Position numbers and translations under genes: made by a program. Positions 8,301-18,299 of a DNA stretch of 57,028 bases are shown one piece after another (within the stretch, counting starts at the first letter, position 1; each line of letters opens with the position of its first letter). The notes beneath the pieces are model-generated. The model ran no database searches and was not told the origin of the DNA. It saw nothing but the letters and a program-made list of their open reading frames with translations. The stretch is taken from IMG/VR virus record IMGVR_UViG_3300034411_000354, positions 1-57,028 of that record; one strand, 5' to 3'. This DNA is from a virus (taxonomy: Duplodnaviria > Caudoviricetes).

Positions 8301-11275
8301 TCAAATTCTTTGATGCTTACTACAGCGATAGGTTGTGTGAAACGCACAGCTCTCTGTAGTCGCTGAGCAACCTCACCCAAAAACTTATTACCCATGCCAA
8401 ATGGGAATGTAACGGCACTATCGAACACCACTTCTGGTGCTGGTCGCGCTGGGCCGGTAGATGGCGCACCACCACGAGGACGGGCCTGCGCAGTGTTCAC
8501 ACCGTCTCGCACCTCTTCGATATTCATACGTGTTAGTGGCGACCCGTCGAAAGTGCGCGCTGAGTTCTCGGCGATCTCTACAGTGTCCGTGATGGGGTCT
8601 GCGTCTTGACGACGCTCCATCGCTTCTTCGACACTGACTTCTTCAGTCTGCTTCTCGTCTGGGTATTCAATAACCGTGACGTCTTCTTGCAAGCCAGCAA
8701 ACAGATCTGTCTGTGTGCTATCAGGATCAGTAGGCTCCCGACCGATTTCGGTGCCGTCCACCTCATTAAGAATTGTTTCTTGTCGTACCTGTGGCTCACT
8801 AGGAACATCTACTTCCATAGTGTTCTCAGATGATTTCCCTGGTACATAGGGCTTCAAGAGGGTGTCCAAAGTTAGCGGCTTCTTATTGTTGAAGCCCGCA
8901 GTAATCTTGTCGAAACCAGCCGGTAGCTCTTTGGTTGGGTTTTGGATGTTCTCTAGGAGTACCTCTATCGGCACACCCTGTATCTCTACCTCGTACTCTG
9001 CCATTGCCAGTTGGCCCAACATAGCGAGTAGACCCTGGCGCTGTGAATTTACGTCGCCTCCTTCTGTAAAGGAGCCGGTGTTTGCCTCGTTTAGCCGCCG
9101 TCCAGCGTTTGTGAGGTCAACCAAATTAACTGAAGTAAACTTGTCAGACCCAGGCGCTTTCACATTGACGTTGCGGAACTTACTCTTAGCTGCCTGGGCA
9201 ACAGAGCGCTCCAGGAACTCACCTACAGAAACCTCCGACTCTTCTTTTGTAATTGGGTCTTTGAGTCGTACTTTGACCGTATCTGGTGTGGTCTCGATAT
9301 CGATGCGATACGAACCGTCTGTGTTGATTTTTACACCGACAACTTCATCGGGGTTTGTCTGTTGTAGCTTAGTGGCAGTCTTGAGTAGTGACTCAGACAT
9401 GCGCTTGTAAAAAGGAGTGCTCCACTCTGTCTCACCAAACACCGCTTCATACTCAGTGCGCGCGGGGTCAATACCTGCAAAGGAATCATCGTCTGATGCT
9501 TTGTATGATGATGTAGTTTCCCCACCTCGGTTAAACGTATAGGTGCGGACTTCCGGCTCAAACTCAGAACTGACATCCGTCTCGACGTCAGACTCTTCCA
9601 GCGGATCAATCTCATCCATAAACTGCACGTCAGGTTTATCGCGCTGCTGACGGTCAATCTGTGCCTCTTCTGGTGTGAGCTGTTCTACACGCCCACCTTC
9701 TGGTGCCAACTTCTCAGCAGCAGAAACGGCTTCAGCGAGACCCTCTGGCGTGGTTGACTGCTCAGATACTATGTCGTTCTGCTTGTCGTAAGCACGAACG
9801 ACTACACTGTCGTTGACGCTTTTTACTGAGCTATACCCGAGTGCGGCAGCAAGTACTGCATCTGACGCACTACCCGCTAAAACCTCTTCAGCTAGGTCAT
9901 ATGTCTTAGAAACTAGCGTCCCACGACCAGGGACAAAAACGCTGTATGCCTCTTCTCCATTTACGGTGATTGGCTTTACCTTACCGCGACGTACTGCAAA
10001 CCTTTTATCTGGCTCTGTTCCGGCGATCCAAACAGCTTCTTTGCTGCTTGTTTCATCCAACATCGCGTCAACCTGAGCAGTGATGTCTCGATCAGACTCT
10101 GGTGTAGTCTGACCCGCATCGACGTCTCCGACGACATCATCAACAACAGCTCTAGATGTAACCATCTCTTTGAGCTTGTCCATCATCTGAGCGGATTTAT
10201 CGACTACCTCTGCAGCCTTGTCAGGAGCGTTCTGTATTAGGTCGGATTGAACTGCACTCGATACAACTGACCCTGCGCCACCAATAGCACCACCAGCAAA
10301 GAAGCCGGTGAAGGCAGCCTGCTGCAGTCGCAACTTAGCATCAGCATCTTCATAGGTGGGATCTAGGTCTTGGCGGTTGGCTATCGCGATACCTTCTTGG
10401 ACTACCTCAGCAGTGCCCTCAGTCGCGCCGCCGAGCGAAAAGTCTTTAGCGTACTGTGCCCAGATAGAGTTCTTAGAGCCCGCCTTTTTGGTTGCCATAC
10501 TCTTTAGCATGCTAGCGAGACCAACTTCGCCCAAGACGCCTACAGTGGCCTGCGGTAAAGCAACTGCTCCGGCACGCAACACAGTCCCACGATCTAGCTC
10601 TTCGCCAGCTTCTAGGGCTTCGTTTATGTTGCTACCAGTCAATGGCGCAAATTCTGCTGCACCTGCGCCCGTCAGTGCGCCCTTCGTAAGGTCGCCTCTT
10701 TTACGTTTTGCATACGCTTCACGAAGTGCTTCATACCCACCCTGAGCAATTCTCTTTTGCGTAGCGTCAGCTGTCCCGTTGGCGGTAGCCTCGGCAGCTT
10801 CTTGGATAAGTCTTTTAGATAAGTGCTTGGCTGTCTGCCCTGAAGCGGTTCGAAGTCCTACGGCAGCGACTGCACCTGCACCTGCGGAGCCAATAGATGT
10901 AATTGCACTAGGCAATACCTGACCTGTGCCGGATGCAACTTGAGTAAGAAACCCATCAAACGTCGGGTTCTCTAGGAACTCACCAAACGTCTCGATCTGT
11001 TCCATTGGCAACGCAGCTAACTGCTCTAAGGCTCGGGCATCTTTTACGCTTTCAGCAGCGCCCTTTTCATCACCTACGAGTGTTTGTGCGCCCGCTTTAA
11101 AGTACTCAAGGTCGGCTGATAGGCCCTTTGCACCAGACCTTACGCCTGCTACGAATGTATCAATCAGTCCATCTGGGCCAACTGCTTCCGTAGGCGAGTT
11201 GAGCGCATCTGCAAACTGAGAGGCATCCTTCTCCTCACCGAAAACAAGCTCATTGAACAGATCTGTCTCAGACAA
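5339..11275 (-). CDS. Large internal virion/DNA-ejection protein with a zincin-like HEXXH domain
   Basis: 1978 aa, TTG start with GGAGG RBS. Gly/Ala-rich hydrophobic N-terminus, central LAHEFGH...FEEWYAD, helical C-terminus. Last of the ejection-gene cluster. Confidence 0.75.
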   Translation of the reverse strand: MSETDLFNELVFGEEKDASQFADALNSPTEAVGPDGLIDTFVAGVRSGAKGLSADLEYFKAGAQTLVGDEKGAAESVKDARALEQLAALPMEQIETFGEFLENPTFDGFLTQVASGTGQVLPSAITSIGSAGAGAVAAVGLRTASGQTAKHLSKRLIQEAAEATANGTADATQKRIAQGGYEALREAYAKRKRGDLTKGALTGAGAAEFAPLTGSNINEALEAGEELDRGTVLRAGAVALPQATVGVLGEVGLASMLKSMATKKAGSKNSIWAQYAKDFSLGGATEGTAEVVQEGIAIANRQDLDPTYEDADAKLRLQQAAFTGFFAGGAIGGAGSVVSSAVQSDLIQNAPDKAAEVVDKSAQMMDKLKEMVTSRAVVDDVVGDVDAGQTTPESDRDITAQVDAMLDETSSKEAVWIAGTEPDKRFAVRRGKVKPITVNGEEAYSVFVPGRGTLVSKTYDLAEEVLAGSASDAVLAAALGYSSVKSVNDSVVVRAYDKQNDIVSEQSTTPEGLAEAVSAAEKLAPEGGRVEQLTPEEAQIDRQQRDKPDVQFMDEIDPLEESDVETDVSSEFEPEVRTYTFNRGGETTSSYKASDDDSFAGIDPARTEYEAVFGETEWSTPFYKRMSESLLKTATKLQQTNPDEVVGVKINTDGSYRIDIETTPDTVKVRLKDPITKEESEVSVGEFLERSVAQAAKSKFRNVNVKAPGSDKFTSVNLVDLTNAGRRLNEANTGSFTEGGDVNSQRQGLLAMLGQLAMAEYEVEIQGVPIEVLLENIQNPTKELPAGFDKITAGFNNKKPLTLDTLLKPYVPGKSSENTMEVDVPSEPQVRQETILNEVDGTEIGREPTDPDSTQTDLFAGLQEDVTVIEYPDEKQTEEVSVEEAMERRQDADPITDTVEIAENSARTFDGSPLTRMNIEEVRDGVNTAQARPRGGAPSTGPARPAPEVVFDSAVTFPFGMGNKFLGEVAQRLQRAVRFTQPIAVVSIKEFDAALRKDMRSLVLRKTSGSGAKALLQLKTLDLGDTAAVGAWVQSLASSKILSKRAADWVATQTDAAAIGEDIVMGSAFTVVKPFTTDLKVAREVGNHLRQSLPANNTRRGSHKAYKGGSIITIDDLHNKNQAGLAMVLAHEFGHALYRQDIDALLTNKALYGRMWKAFEADRKKANDEGQPVKQWNEVGFEEWYADQVAAWTKASMEQSAKSKRKSRGIIDAHFRKLVGEFRKLYKALRNHPIVRRTGKVDESFSEYMDEVTQRQQAVNVELPTGAVRTADGKVTYRTALGSIDLNIPAEVPFEQKATAQAVREEIDTIVGTKQAAAKWARFFRGLGKNFARKHPSLMESLKFVLSADTVLRLIDPTDTIADMFYMPSNTKAGLGFVKARQLARDKMRAELFDIIGTDWDNEVTQRILAEAESGRNTSGLTPKAQELRKFLERIHADYISQSNTNIKFVKNYYPRILDLAEVTANPEPLIQEILRMEPEANEKKVRQSLKRLEAYQEAILDDEGEIDIKPEDVFEPARTAESGLKLTAAIPPNRLRQLGYVLPPEVALLSYIDRVTKRVEWNRHTKREDGSSKLEDAMAKLNSREKEILLSITNAYLGNITPMEPFWRKMNSYAQLVQTVTILPFAFFASIPDFAGAVVNTREFNGFNMFGKQVMSMIKDKAEAERLANDIGVTMSEAAATAWMSQADGELLDPTVREATEKYFKYIGLDFLTTLSRQFASGMGRQFLLEHANHPGKRSERYLKQLGVTAEQVKAWEASGFDLETKEGKLVKEALVRFVESSVLRPNAAERPIWASDPRFALIWQLKSFLYSFNKTILGGLEREFMTRLAEDRNLITALVPVMLLTAAAFLPLAALGLELREYAKVALSYAIPGIDGSTKYLRSDRMDWGTYMTEIWDRAGLNGPISLLYSAQRSQQWGNSGIATLLGPTAESIEKIIGDFPRFDTPITDRITQPAGAVGAAAGVAAFGPQIAKAIL

Positions 11276-11278
11276 GGT

Positions 11279-13570
11279 CTAGCCTCCATTTATATCAGCG
11301 GCTAGCTTTAGGAGCTTCGCGACATTCGCATCGGTATCCATAAGTACTGACAGAGGCACGGGCTTGCCCGCTTGCCCGCCAGGAGGTGCGTAGACGATGG
11401 TCTTATCATCCCCTTGTCTTACAAACTCCAGGTTAAAATCACTAACCTGGCCAAGGTCCACATCGTCATCGAACAGCCCCGTGAACTTTTCCCATGCGCC
11501 AGTTCTTACCGCATTGCCCTGTAGGATCATGCTTAGCGCTGGGTTAACCGCGCTTAGAAGTTCGCGCTTCGCTTGTGGTGTCTTGGCCTGTTTTAGTTTC
11601 CGCATGACACCAGGTAACGTGCGCGACACTGTCTGCGCTAGCTCCTTACTAGGTTCTTTACCCTCAATCGTATTTTGGTAGGTAGTAAAGTATTTCTCGG
11701 CATAGTCCTGAGCATCTTTCAACTCCGCCGCTTCAACCTTGGCTGAAGCAGTAGCCCTGGCAGTGCTCGCAGTCGCCTCGCGGGAGAGCGCCCGCTCGTC
11801 GATCACGTTTTGTTGAGCTACGCCCACTTTAGTATCGCCGCGCGTTGCCAAATTAATGAGCTCTTGCGCACGGGCAACTCTCTCTGCGGGTGTGCCTGGG
11901 CTGAAAGAAGCCGCTGTCCAAATAGCGGCTAAGGCCTCTTGTGAAGGGAGGCTACTTTCCGCAATCCCCTCTCTAAATTTGGCGTCCGTAACAAGGCCCC
12001 TGTCTTTTAGGAACTGAACCATGTCTAAACGCTGCTCTTGGGTCGGCTGCTTAGTTTGATCTGTGATCGCTGCGATTACGTTGTCGCGCGTTAGCTCGAA
12101 AGGCGGCGGCTGTATCGAGGACAACATGTTCTTGGGTTCGACCTGACCACCGTCGGTGTCTACACCGTACTGCTTGAAGAACTCTGCTGGCCCTAGCTCA
12201 TCAAACTTTTGCTTGATGCCTGGATTAGAAAACATCTGGATCGCAAGGTCGTCAGTGTTATCGTCGTACCACTTTTCAGCGGCGGTGTTGAGCTTGTAGT
12301 CGTCCTCTGTCTGATCGTCGAAGAACCCAGACTTCCCGCCTGCGCTGCGCAGGTCGCTAGTTGCTCGCTCGATTTCGCGGCTTAGGTCCAACTGACGAGG
12401 GTCCGACATACCCCGCATCGCCAAGTTATCTTCCTGCATCGGCGAGACACTTGGGCGGCCTGACGGATTAATTGTGCGCTCAAACTGGCTACGCTCTGAA
12501 GCTTTTGCGGTTTGAAGTTTCTGCTCCAAAGCTTCTGGGTCGCCGCCTTGGTCCGTGTAGATCTCAAGAAGTTCATCCATCGAGGCGTTGTTAACTACCC
12601 CTAGGTAAGCTCTTGTTGCCTCAGCTGAGTTTGCGTACTTGCTTGTATTTGTTGCGATGAGCTCATCACGAACTAGCTGCTCGCTTTGTCTCAACTCCTC
12701 AGAAGCAGTCAAGCCGCCTTTCTTAACCAGCGCACTTCGGTAAACCTCTGACTCGCTGCCACCGTTATTTAGAGCAGATACGAGTTCGTTGTTAACCAAC
12801 CTCCCAAAGTCTTCGTGCGTTTGGGTAAGCACGATGTCATCGTCAGCGTTAGTTCCGTTTACTGTAGGTGTGAGCTCTTCGCGAGTCTCAGCGTTCACTA
12901 TTCGAGGTATCACTGATTTGTCAGTGATTGTGAAACCGATAACGTCGATTTCGACACGCTCACCGTCAATTACGGCGAACTGAAACCTTTTATGGCGATC
13001 CAGCATGTCCTGAATAAGTACGGGGCGCTCCTGTGCGAGAGCTATCGGATCTGAAATGGTCGTTGGGTCGTCTAACCCATAGCTTTGTGTAGTAGCCAAC
13101 TGCCCTATGAGCTGCTTGTTGTAGTTTTTAACTCGGCGCTCGCCCTCTTTCTGAGCCTCAATATCAGATGCTTGCTGCAATCTACGGTCCTGATTGCCCT
13201 GGCGGACATCCGTATTCTGCGCTCGCTGCTCTGCATTTGCGGCGCGCTCTTCGAGAATAGGTCGTTGGCCAATGTTGTACTCAGATAGTTCGACTGCACG
13301 CGACTCTTGTGCCGCTGCGCGGTTCTCCTGATTTATTAGGCGATCTGACTGACGAGCGTATTCCTCTTCGTTACGTTCTCGAAGTGACTTCTCATACTCA
13401 GATAGCTCGGCTGCGCGACCTTCTTGTGCCGCCGCTCGTGTGTTTGCGTCGTCAGCACGTGTGTTTGCGTCTTCGGCTAGCCTGCGGCGTTGCTCGCCAT
13501 CAAGCATGCCTTGGTAGCCTCTCGCTGCAGAACTAATGCCGCTCGCTAACCCAGTGAAATCTAGAGCCAT
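11279..13570 (-). CDS. Internal virion (ejection) protein
   Basis: 763 aa, amphipathic Gly-rich N-terminus followed by charged helical repeats. Position in the virion operon. Confidence 0.65.
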   Translation of the reverse strand: MALDFTGLASGISSAARGYQGMLDGEQRRRLAEDANTRADDANTRAAAQEGRAAELSEYEKSLRERNEEEYARQSDRLINQENRAAAQESRAVELSEYNIGQRPILEERAANAEQRAQNTDVRQGNQDRRLQQASDIEAQKEGERRVKNYNKQLIGQLATTQSYGLDDPTTISDPIALAQERPVLIQDMLDRHKRFQFAVIDGERVEIDVIGFTITDKSVIPRIVNAETREELTPTVNGTNADDDIVLTQTHEDFGRLVNNELVSALNNGGSESEVYRSALVKKGGLTASEELRQSEQLVRDELIATNTSKYANSAEATRAYLGVVNNASMDELLEIYTDQGGDPEALEQKLQTAKASERSQFERTINPSGRPSVSPMQEDNLAMRGMSDPRQLDLSREIERATSDLRSAGGKSGFFDDQTEDDYKLNTAAEKWYDDNTDDLAIQMFSNPGIKQKFDELGPAEFFKQYGVDTDGGQVEPKNMLSSIQPPPFELTRDNVIAAITDQTKQPTQEQRLDMVQFLKDRGLVTDAKFREGIAESSLPSQEALAAIWTAASFSPGTPAERVARAQELINLATRGDTKVGVAQQNVIDERALSREATASTARATASAKVEAAELKDAQDYAEKYFTTYQNTIEGKEPSKELAQTVSRTLPGVMRKLKQAKTPQAKRELLSAVNPALSMILQGNAVRTGAWEKFTGLFDDDVDLGQVSDFNLEFVRQGDDKTIVYAPPGGQAGKPVPLSVLMDTDANVAKLLKLAADINGG

Positions 13571-13579
13571 GTTAATCCC

Positions 13580-14359
13580 CTACAGGAATGCGACAGCCAT
13601 AATGGCGGCGCTTCCTAAACTTCCAATCGTGGAATATGTATTTGCCTTCGATTGCGCTTTAGCTGCTGCATACGCATTATCAAGAGCCTTCTTATTACTT
13701 GCTGCCGCTGTCATGCCCTGCATCGAGCGCTGGTATACGCCCTGACCAACATCAATAATCTTGCCAAGCATGTCTTGGTTCAGATCACGCTGCGCAAGAC
13801 GTGCGTCTTGGAGTGATTGGATACCGCCGAGCGTACTATCTCTCTGAAAGCTCGCTTGCTGTTGCTGCAGCTGTGCGGGTGTCAAGTTAGCGCCGTAGCG
13901 CTGTCTATTCCGAGATGACACACCTTGTGCCAGCTGCGATGCCATCTCTGAGTCAACGCGAGCATCGTCGATAAGGCTTGTGTCGTTACTTGCGCGGTCG
14001 AGCATGTCTCGCTCAAACTGAGCATAGTCGCGTTCATATGCAGCTGCGTCTGCGCGCGTCATATACGCTAGCAATTCATCTGGGTCGTTCTGGCTTGGAG
14101 CCCCACTCCGGCGACTCCCCGCCAGCCCGAATCCTCTCGGCCCACCTGCTTCATAGCTAGGCACCGAGTAATCTGGAAGGTCTATAGCTGGAGCAGCTGG
14201 AGCAGCTGAAGTAGCTGGGGGGTTCACAATAGGAGCTTGGCGTGCAGGCGCAGTGCCCTTTACTGGGGGCGCGGGCTTCGCCAGCCCTGCCTGCTGCGCT
14301 ACTCTGTCCCTACTCTCGAACATTAGGCGGCCCATGTGGCCTGCGTTGCCTGCTAGCAT
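13580..14359 (-). CDS. Internal virion (ejection) protein
   Basis: 259 aa, Ala/Gln-rich, hydrophobic Gly-rich C-terminus. Confidence 0.6.
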   Translation of the reverse strand: MLAGNAGHMGRLMFESRDRVAQQAGLAKPAPPVKGTAPARQAPIVNPPATSAAPAAPAIDLPDYSVPSYEAGGPRGFGLAGSRRSGAPSQNDPDELLAYMTRADAAAYERDYAQFERDMLDRASNDTSLIDDARVDSEMASQLAQGVSSRNRQRYGANLTPAQLQQQQASFQRDSTLGGIQSLQDARLAQRDLNQDMLGKIIDVGQGVYQRSMQGMTAAASNKKALDNAYAAAKAQSKANTYSTIGSLGSAAIMAVAFL

Positions 14360-14364
14360 GATAG

Positions 14365-14937
14365 CTACCCCTGCGAGTTTACGTTGTCAGTGAACCTAGT
14401 GATAAATTGGCTTGTCTTGCCTTTGCCAAATAGGCCCGCTTCGTTGCCTGCGCTCAGCGAAGCCATAGCCAACTGCCCGGTCATCTTGCTTCGAGCTGCG
14501 TCAACCATTTGTTTGTTCTCAAGACTCTTCAGCCGTTCAGTTGTATCCATCTTCGCTAGTGCTGTTAGCCCTTGATTAGCCACACCAGCCTGCCCCTGAC
14601 GTGTTGCCAGGATGCTTGTCTGTAAATCGTTCTGAAACTTTTTGCCCTTGGCTCCCGCATCCCCAAGCTGCCCTGATAAGGCAGAACCAAGAAGGCCAGC
14701 GTTATCTGTCTTGGTGGCGGCTACATAGGATGGTCCAGAGACTTTCTGCATCGTGTCGGCGTTCGCGCGGCCTTTAAGCGTGCGCGTAACATCGCCTGAC
14801 TCTGAAGCAGCTTTAAGCTCCAGCAGCTTCGGGTTATAAAGATCTTGGAATTTTTGCCAGTCTTTATAGTTCTGCTTCGCGAGCGCTTTGTCCGAAGCAG
14901 TCGGCTCATAGTCTTGTTTTTTTGGTCCGCTACCCAT
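14365..14937 (-). CDS. Internal virion protein
   Basis: Likely start MGSGPKKQ (ATG 14937). Ala/Gly/Gln-rich, like small podovirus ejection proteins. Confidence 0.6.
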   Translation of the reverse strand: MGSGPKKQDYEPTASDKALAKQNYKDWQKFQDLYNPKLLELKAASESGDVTRTLKGRANADTMQKVSGPSYVAATKTDNAGLLGSALSGQLGDAGAKGKKFQNDLQTSILATRQGQAGVANQGLTALAKMDTTERLKSLENKQMVDAARSKMTGQLAMASLSAGNEAGLFGKGKTSQFITRFTDNVNSQG

Positions 14938-15388
14938 AAACGTCTCTCGTATAAACAATGGTGTCTAACTGCCAGCCTGAAGCGAGGATGTAGTCTTTCA
15001 ATTCCACAACTGCTGACCTAACTTCTAGCTTCCGAAACCCACCTAGTCTTGCTTGCTCTATGAAGAAGTCTTGGTGTATTTGCACCAGGTTCTTCCCCCG
15101 CTCTTTTGCCCAGGCTAGCCAAATCAATAGGCTACGTTCGCCGGTATAAACATCTGTAATTCCCGTCGTAACCACCATCCCTTCATCGGTGGTCCAAAGC
15201 CTTGCTTCCCCTTGCACGCACGCTACAAAAATATCCTCGGGCGTAAATGTGAGCTGAGGGTTGTCCCTCAAAATCTCGTTGATCCCACGCAATACCCAGC
15301 TGTGCTGTCTGATATCGCTAAGAACAGGATCAGTAACCTTTTCGCCACCCTCTATTTCGGAATCTAGTGCTCTGCTTGAGTCCGCCAT
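14930..15388 (-). CDS. GNAT/acetyltransferase-fold virion-associated protein
   Basis: LLIWLAWA...ARLGGFRKLE...GW pattern and position before the ejection genes, like the GNAT-fold genes of podoviruses. Start uncertain. Confidence 0.5.
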   Translation of the reverse strand: MADSSRALDSEIEGGEKVTDPVLSDIRQHSWVLRGINEILRDNPQLTFTPEDIFVACVQGEARLWTTDEGMVVTTGITDVYTGERSLLIWLAWAKERGKNLVQIHQDFFIEQARLGGFRKLEVRSAVVELKDYILASGWQLDTIVYTRDVYG

Positions 15389-16010
15389 AATTCACTCTCC
15401 TAGCGATTGGCCTGTCTGGTTGATTCAATTTCTTTGCTTCCTCGCACCCCTTCATGAATAAGGTCTGGTATACCGATGCAGCCTTCAGATCAGACCAAGC
15501 CTTGTTTGGTATGCGGAATAATCTTTGAATAGCGCCGTTCACGATCGTGTCTTTAAAAGGCAGCATTGCGTCGTCTGCGGCTTCGAATGACCCTTTTGTA
15601 GGCTTCGTTACTATATGTGCCTTCAGCGCGTGCTCTGCTGTTTCGGGAGCGGGCCAGACGACGATTTCCATCGGATTAAGCCCCGTCGTAAAGTAATACT
15701 TAGGGTCACCCGTCTCACCATCAACACTCCAACCTGGAACGCGATCGTTCAGTAGCGCCTGAGTTATAGGCTCAACCTCTTTGCCCTTGTAGCTCACCCA
15801 CAAAACCTTGTGAATGTATGAAGCGCCCGAAGGAATACTGAAAGTATTGCCACCAGCCGTCACATTAATGTTTTTTGTAGCCTGAGTGACTTCTGATCTT
15901 TCTGCGAATTCGACAACTGAACTTCGTATAGCGTTTTTTATCGCCAACTCTGGGCAACCGCTGACTACGACCGCGACGTCCGGTACAAAATCTTCATACG
16001 CAATAGCCAT
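15330..16010 (-). CDS. Head-tail adaptor/tail tubular protein A-like
   Basis: 226 aa, GCPE...AIR...EF, P.YY...+WP.P and IVNGA+.RL..IP...WSD motifs typical of podophage adaptors. Confidence 0.65.
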   Translation of the reverse strand: MAIAYEDFVPDVAVVVSGCPELAIKNAIRSSVVEFAERSEVTQATKNINVTAGGNTFSIPSGASYIHKVLWVSYKGKEVEPITQALLNDRVPGWSVDGETGDPKYYFTTGLNPMEIVVWPAPETAEHALKAHIVTKPTKGSFEAADDAMLPFKDTIVNGAIQRLFRIPNKAWSDLKAASVYQTLFMKGCEEAKKLNQPDRPIARRVNYGGLKQSTRFRNRGWRKGY

Positions 16011-16013
16011 GCT

Positions 16014-16700
16014 TTACACCATGCTCGGCTGAGCCATATCCATATTCGGAGTAGTAATCGCGTCGATCTGGGCCTTCCCAGTTACCGAGGCGGTAAACAC
16101 CTGGTAGTGATTGCTGGCTCGCTGTGCGTTACCTGCAAACTCTGCGTCCTTCATGTAAGCCATGTACAAGACGTAGTTCATGATCGCGTTAGCAAAAATG
16201 TCAGGTATCGATAAGTTGTCGTTCTGCCCAACGATGGTTGGGTTCGCTGAGTAGATAATCTCTAAGTAAGCGCTGCCAGAAACACCAGGGTAGACGTAAA
16301 AATTACGGGGGTTCGACTCGTCATAGATGTAGTGCTGGATAACACTGGCGTGTGCCGCATCGCCACTAACACTTGGGTCGTGCCAATCTGGTGTCTGTGC
16401 ATCCAGTACTTCGCGGTCCACGAGACGTACAGCTCGCCGACCTGCACCACCAGAGGAAGCAGACATGTTGCGCACTGCCTTAAGTAGTCGGTTACCCGTG
16501 CTTGGGATAGTCTGCTTAGTACCAGCTACTAGCGTCACAGTGTCATTCTGCGCACTAGCATCAGGCTTAAGTAGCGCAATCTCACGCTGCGCGTCATTGA
16601 CCCACAGCACCAGCTCACCAACTACAGGCCATCGAACGCCCGTTGTGTCTTGAAGCACAGTCTGTGCTCTATCTATAACGCTTTGTACTGTGACTGCCAT
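16014..16700 (-). CDS. Head-tail adaptor (DUF6682-like)
   Basis: LQD..VRW...EL..W+NDAQREI...PDA, LVAGTKQ, FYVYP and YMAYMKDAE motifs. Confidence 0.7.
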   Translation of the reverse strand: MAVTVQSVIDRAQTVLQDTTGVRWPVVGELVLWVNDAQREIALLKPDASAQNDTVTLVAGTKQTIPSTGNRLLKAVRNMSASSGGAGRRAVRLVDREVLDAQTPDWHDPSVSGDAAHASVIQHYIYDESNPRNFYVYPGVSGSAYLEIIYSANPTIVGQNDNLSIPDIFANAIMNYVLYMAYMKDAEFAGNAQRASNHYQVFTASVTGKAQIDAITTPNMDMAQPSMV

Positions 16701-16709
16701 GATAATTAC

Positions 16710-17087
16710 CTATGAGTTAAGTACTGATTCCCAGGCTGCTACTCGCTCATCCGTAGTCACAGTTCGCCCTAGAGCTTTATTAACTGCGGCTGCTTTGGGA
16801 TAGCCGTCTGCCTTAAAATTTTTCGGGTCACCTTCATCCATCATTTTTTCAAGCAAGGTAACCAGGTCTTCCACGTACACCACTTCGGGCACGTCGGTTA
16901 TTTCTTCGAAATCCGCTATCTCCGCATCGCGTTCTTCAACGTATTTCGTATCAAATTCTTTTGCGCCCATCTGTATTGCCAACAGGCCAACTTCATCTGC
17001 TATTTCGCGAGGCACACCTGCCTCAAACAAAACAACGGTCCCTCCAAGGGTCGCCACTCGTAATGGCTGTTCACTCACAATCTTCAT
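16710..17087 (-). CDS. Conserved virion-associated hypothetical protein
   Basis: 125 aa, directly downstream of the capsid gene, with RBS AGGA. Confidence 0.7.
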   Translation of the reverse strand: MKIVSEQPLRVATLGGTVVLFEAGVPREIADEVGLLAIQMGAKEFDTKYVEERDAEIADFEEITDVPEVVYVEDLVTLLEKMMDEGDPKNFKADGYPKAAAVNKALGRTVTTDERVAAWESVLNS

Positions 17088-17103
17088 GATTTAGTCCTAT
17101 AGA

Positions 17104-17133
17104 AAGTAAAAGCCCCCTCCGAAGAGGGGGCCG
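17104..17133 (-). terminator. Intrinsic terminator after the major capsid gene
   Basis: GGCCCCCTC-TTCG-GAGGGGGCT followed by TTTACTTT on the minus strand. Confidence 0.85.
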
Positions 17134-17138
17134 TAGTC

Positions 17139-18284
17139 TTACTGTGCAGTGTCTAGGGCGATAACACCGAAGTCCTGTACAGAGCCACTGATGTCGCTGT
17201 TGTACTTGGGCTTACGGAGGCCGAAGATCTTGCCTACAGAGATACCTGACTGGTTGCCATAGTCGAAGGTGTCTTCAACCATTTCAGGCAGACCAATGTC
17301 AGCCAGGGCCAGAGACTGAGCACCACAGAACAGAGCACGTCCGCCAACAACGTCAGCATCAGCACCCCACTTGTAGCCAGCTGCGCCAGCGTTAGAGGAA
17401 GTACCAGTAGTTGCACCAGAAGTGTTAAACACATGGCGGAACTCGTGGATCATTACGCCATCAACCATCAGGCTAGAAGAGCCAGCGAACAAGCTGTTAG
17501 ACGCACCACGTACACCCGCGTTACGGACGTTAGCGATGAAGTCAGCATCAAGCTTGAGGTCAGCCATTTGCTGAGGAGTAACAAACATGTGGAAAGTTTC
17601 CTGGTTACCAGCACCACGGATCCCACGAATGTAGTTGTCCTTAGCATAAGCCTTGAGGTTAACGATGTGCTTGTATCCGATAGTGTCGGATGAAGTGACA
17701 GCAGTAGTGTCACCGGCAGACAAGCCAGTTCCGTTCACTCGCAAGTGGCGATCTGAAGTAGGAGCAGATACGTCTGAAGCGAACTCCAGGTCAACCAACT
17801 CGTGTCCAGCAGAGCCAGAGGTAGTGCGGAGACCACCGTTGTTCTTGTGAGTGTATGCAACACCAGAAAGAGACAAGAATGCCAACTGGTCACAGCGGTC
17901 AGCCATTGCGTATGCAAGTGCGTCACGAGACTGCTCACGGAAGTTAACAACTGTCTTCTGATCAGTCATGCGGCCCGCGATGCGGTTAGCAAAACGTAAC
18001 TGATCCAGCTCAATGGTGATGTCATACGCGCGGAGGGCTTCTTCGTTGCCTTCCAAAGTATTGTCACCAGTGATGCCGTCGCCGGTCATATCAGCAAGCA
18101 AAGTGATGTTTGCTTTAGTGCCTTTTTGGTTCTTAGTAAGTTCAGTTACTCGCTGAACCATTGCGTTAGAACCACTACCAGCGAACTGGTTGATGAAAGA
18201 TTGGTTGCGAGCTACTTTCCAGAAGTCGCGGCTCCAGGTTTGGAGTTGGTCGCCAGTAAGCGTACCGAAATTTGTTAAAGCCAT
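17139..18284 (-). CDS. Major capsid protein, N4-gp56/DUF4043 family
   Basis: 381 aa, WSRDFW...G.G.N..VQR+TEL, G+TGDNTLEGNEEAL, DQLRFA and DFGVIALDTA. Strong AGGAGG RBS and highly biased codon use. Confidence 0.92.
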   Translation of the reverse strand: MALTNFGTLTGDQLQTWSRDFWKVARNQSFINQFAGSGSNAMVQRVTELTKNQKGTKANITLLADMTGDGITGDNTLEGNEEALRAYDITIELDQLRFANRIAGRMTDQKTVVNFREQSRDALAYAMADRCDQLAFLSLSGVAYTHKNNGGLRTTSGSAGHELVDLEFASDVSAPTSDRHLRVNGTGLSAGDTTAVTSSDTIGYKHIVNLKAYAKDNYIRGIRGAGNQETFHMFVTPQQMADLKLDADFIANVRNAGVRGASNSLFAGSSSLMVDGVMIHEFRHVFNTSGATTGTSSNAGAAGYKWGADADVVGGRALFCGAQSLALADIGLPEMVEDTFDYGNQSGISVGKIFGLRKPKYNSDISGSVQDFGVIALDTAQ

Positions 18285-18299
18285 GATGGCCTCCTATTA

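Noticed and set aside
5339-11275. N4-like virion RNA polymerase, suggested by the N4-type capsid and early hairpins
   Set aside because: No recognisable RNAP catalytic motifs (no DxDGD, no convincing T7-type motif set), and it is much shorter than N4 vRNAP. A remote match cannot be excluded without a structure search.
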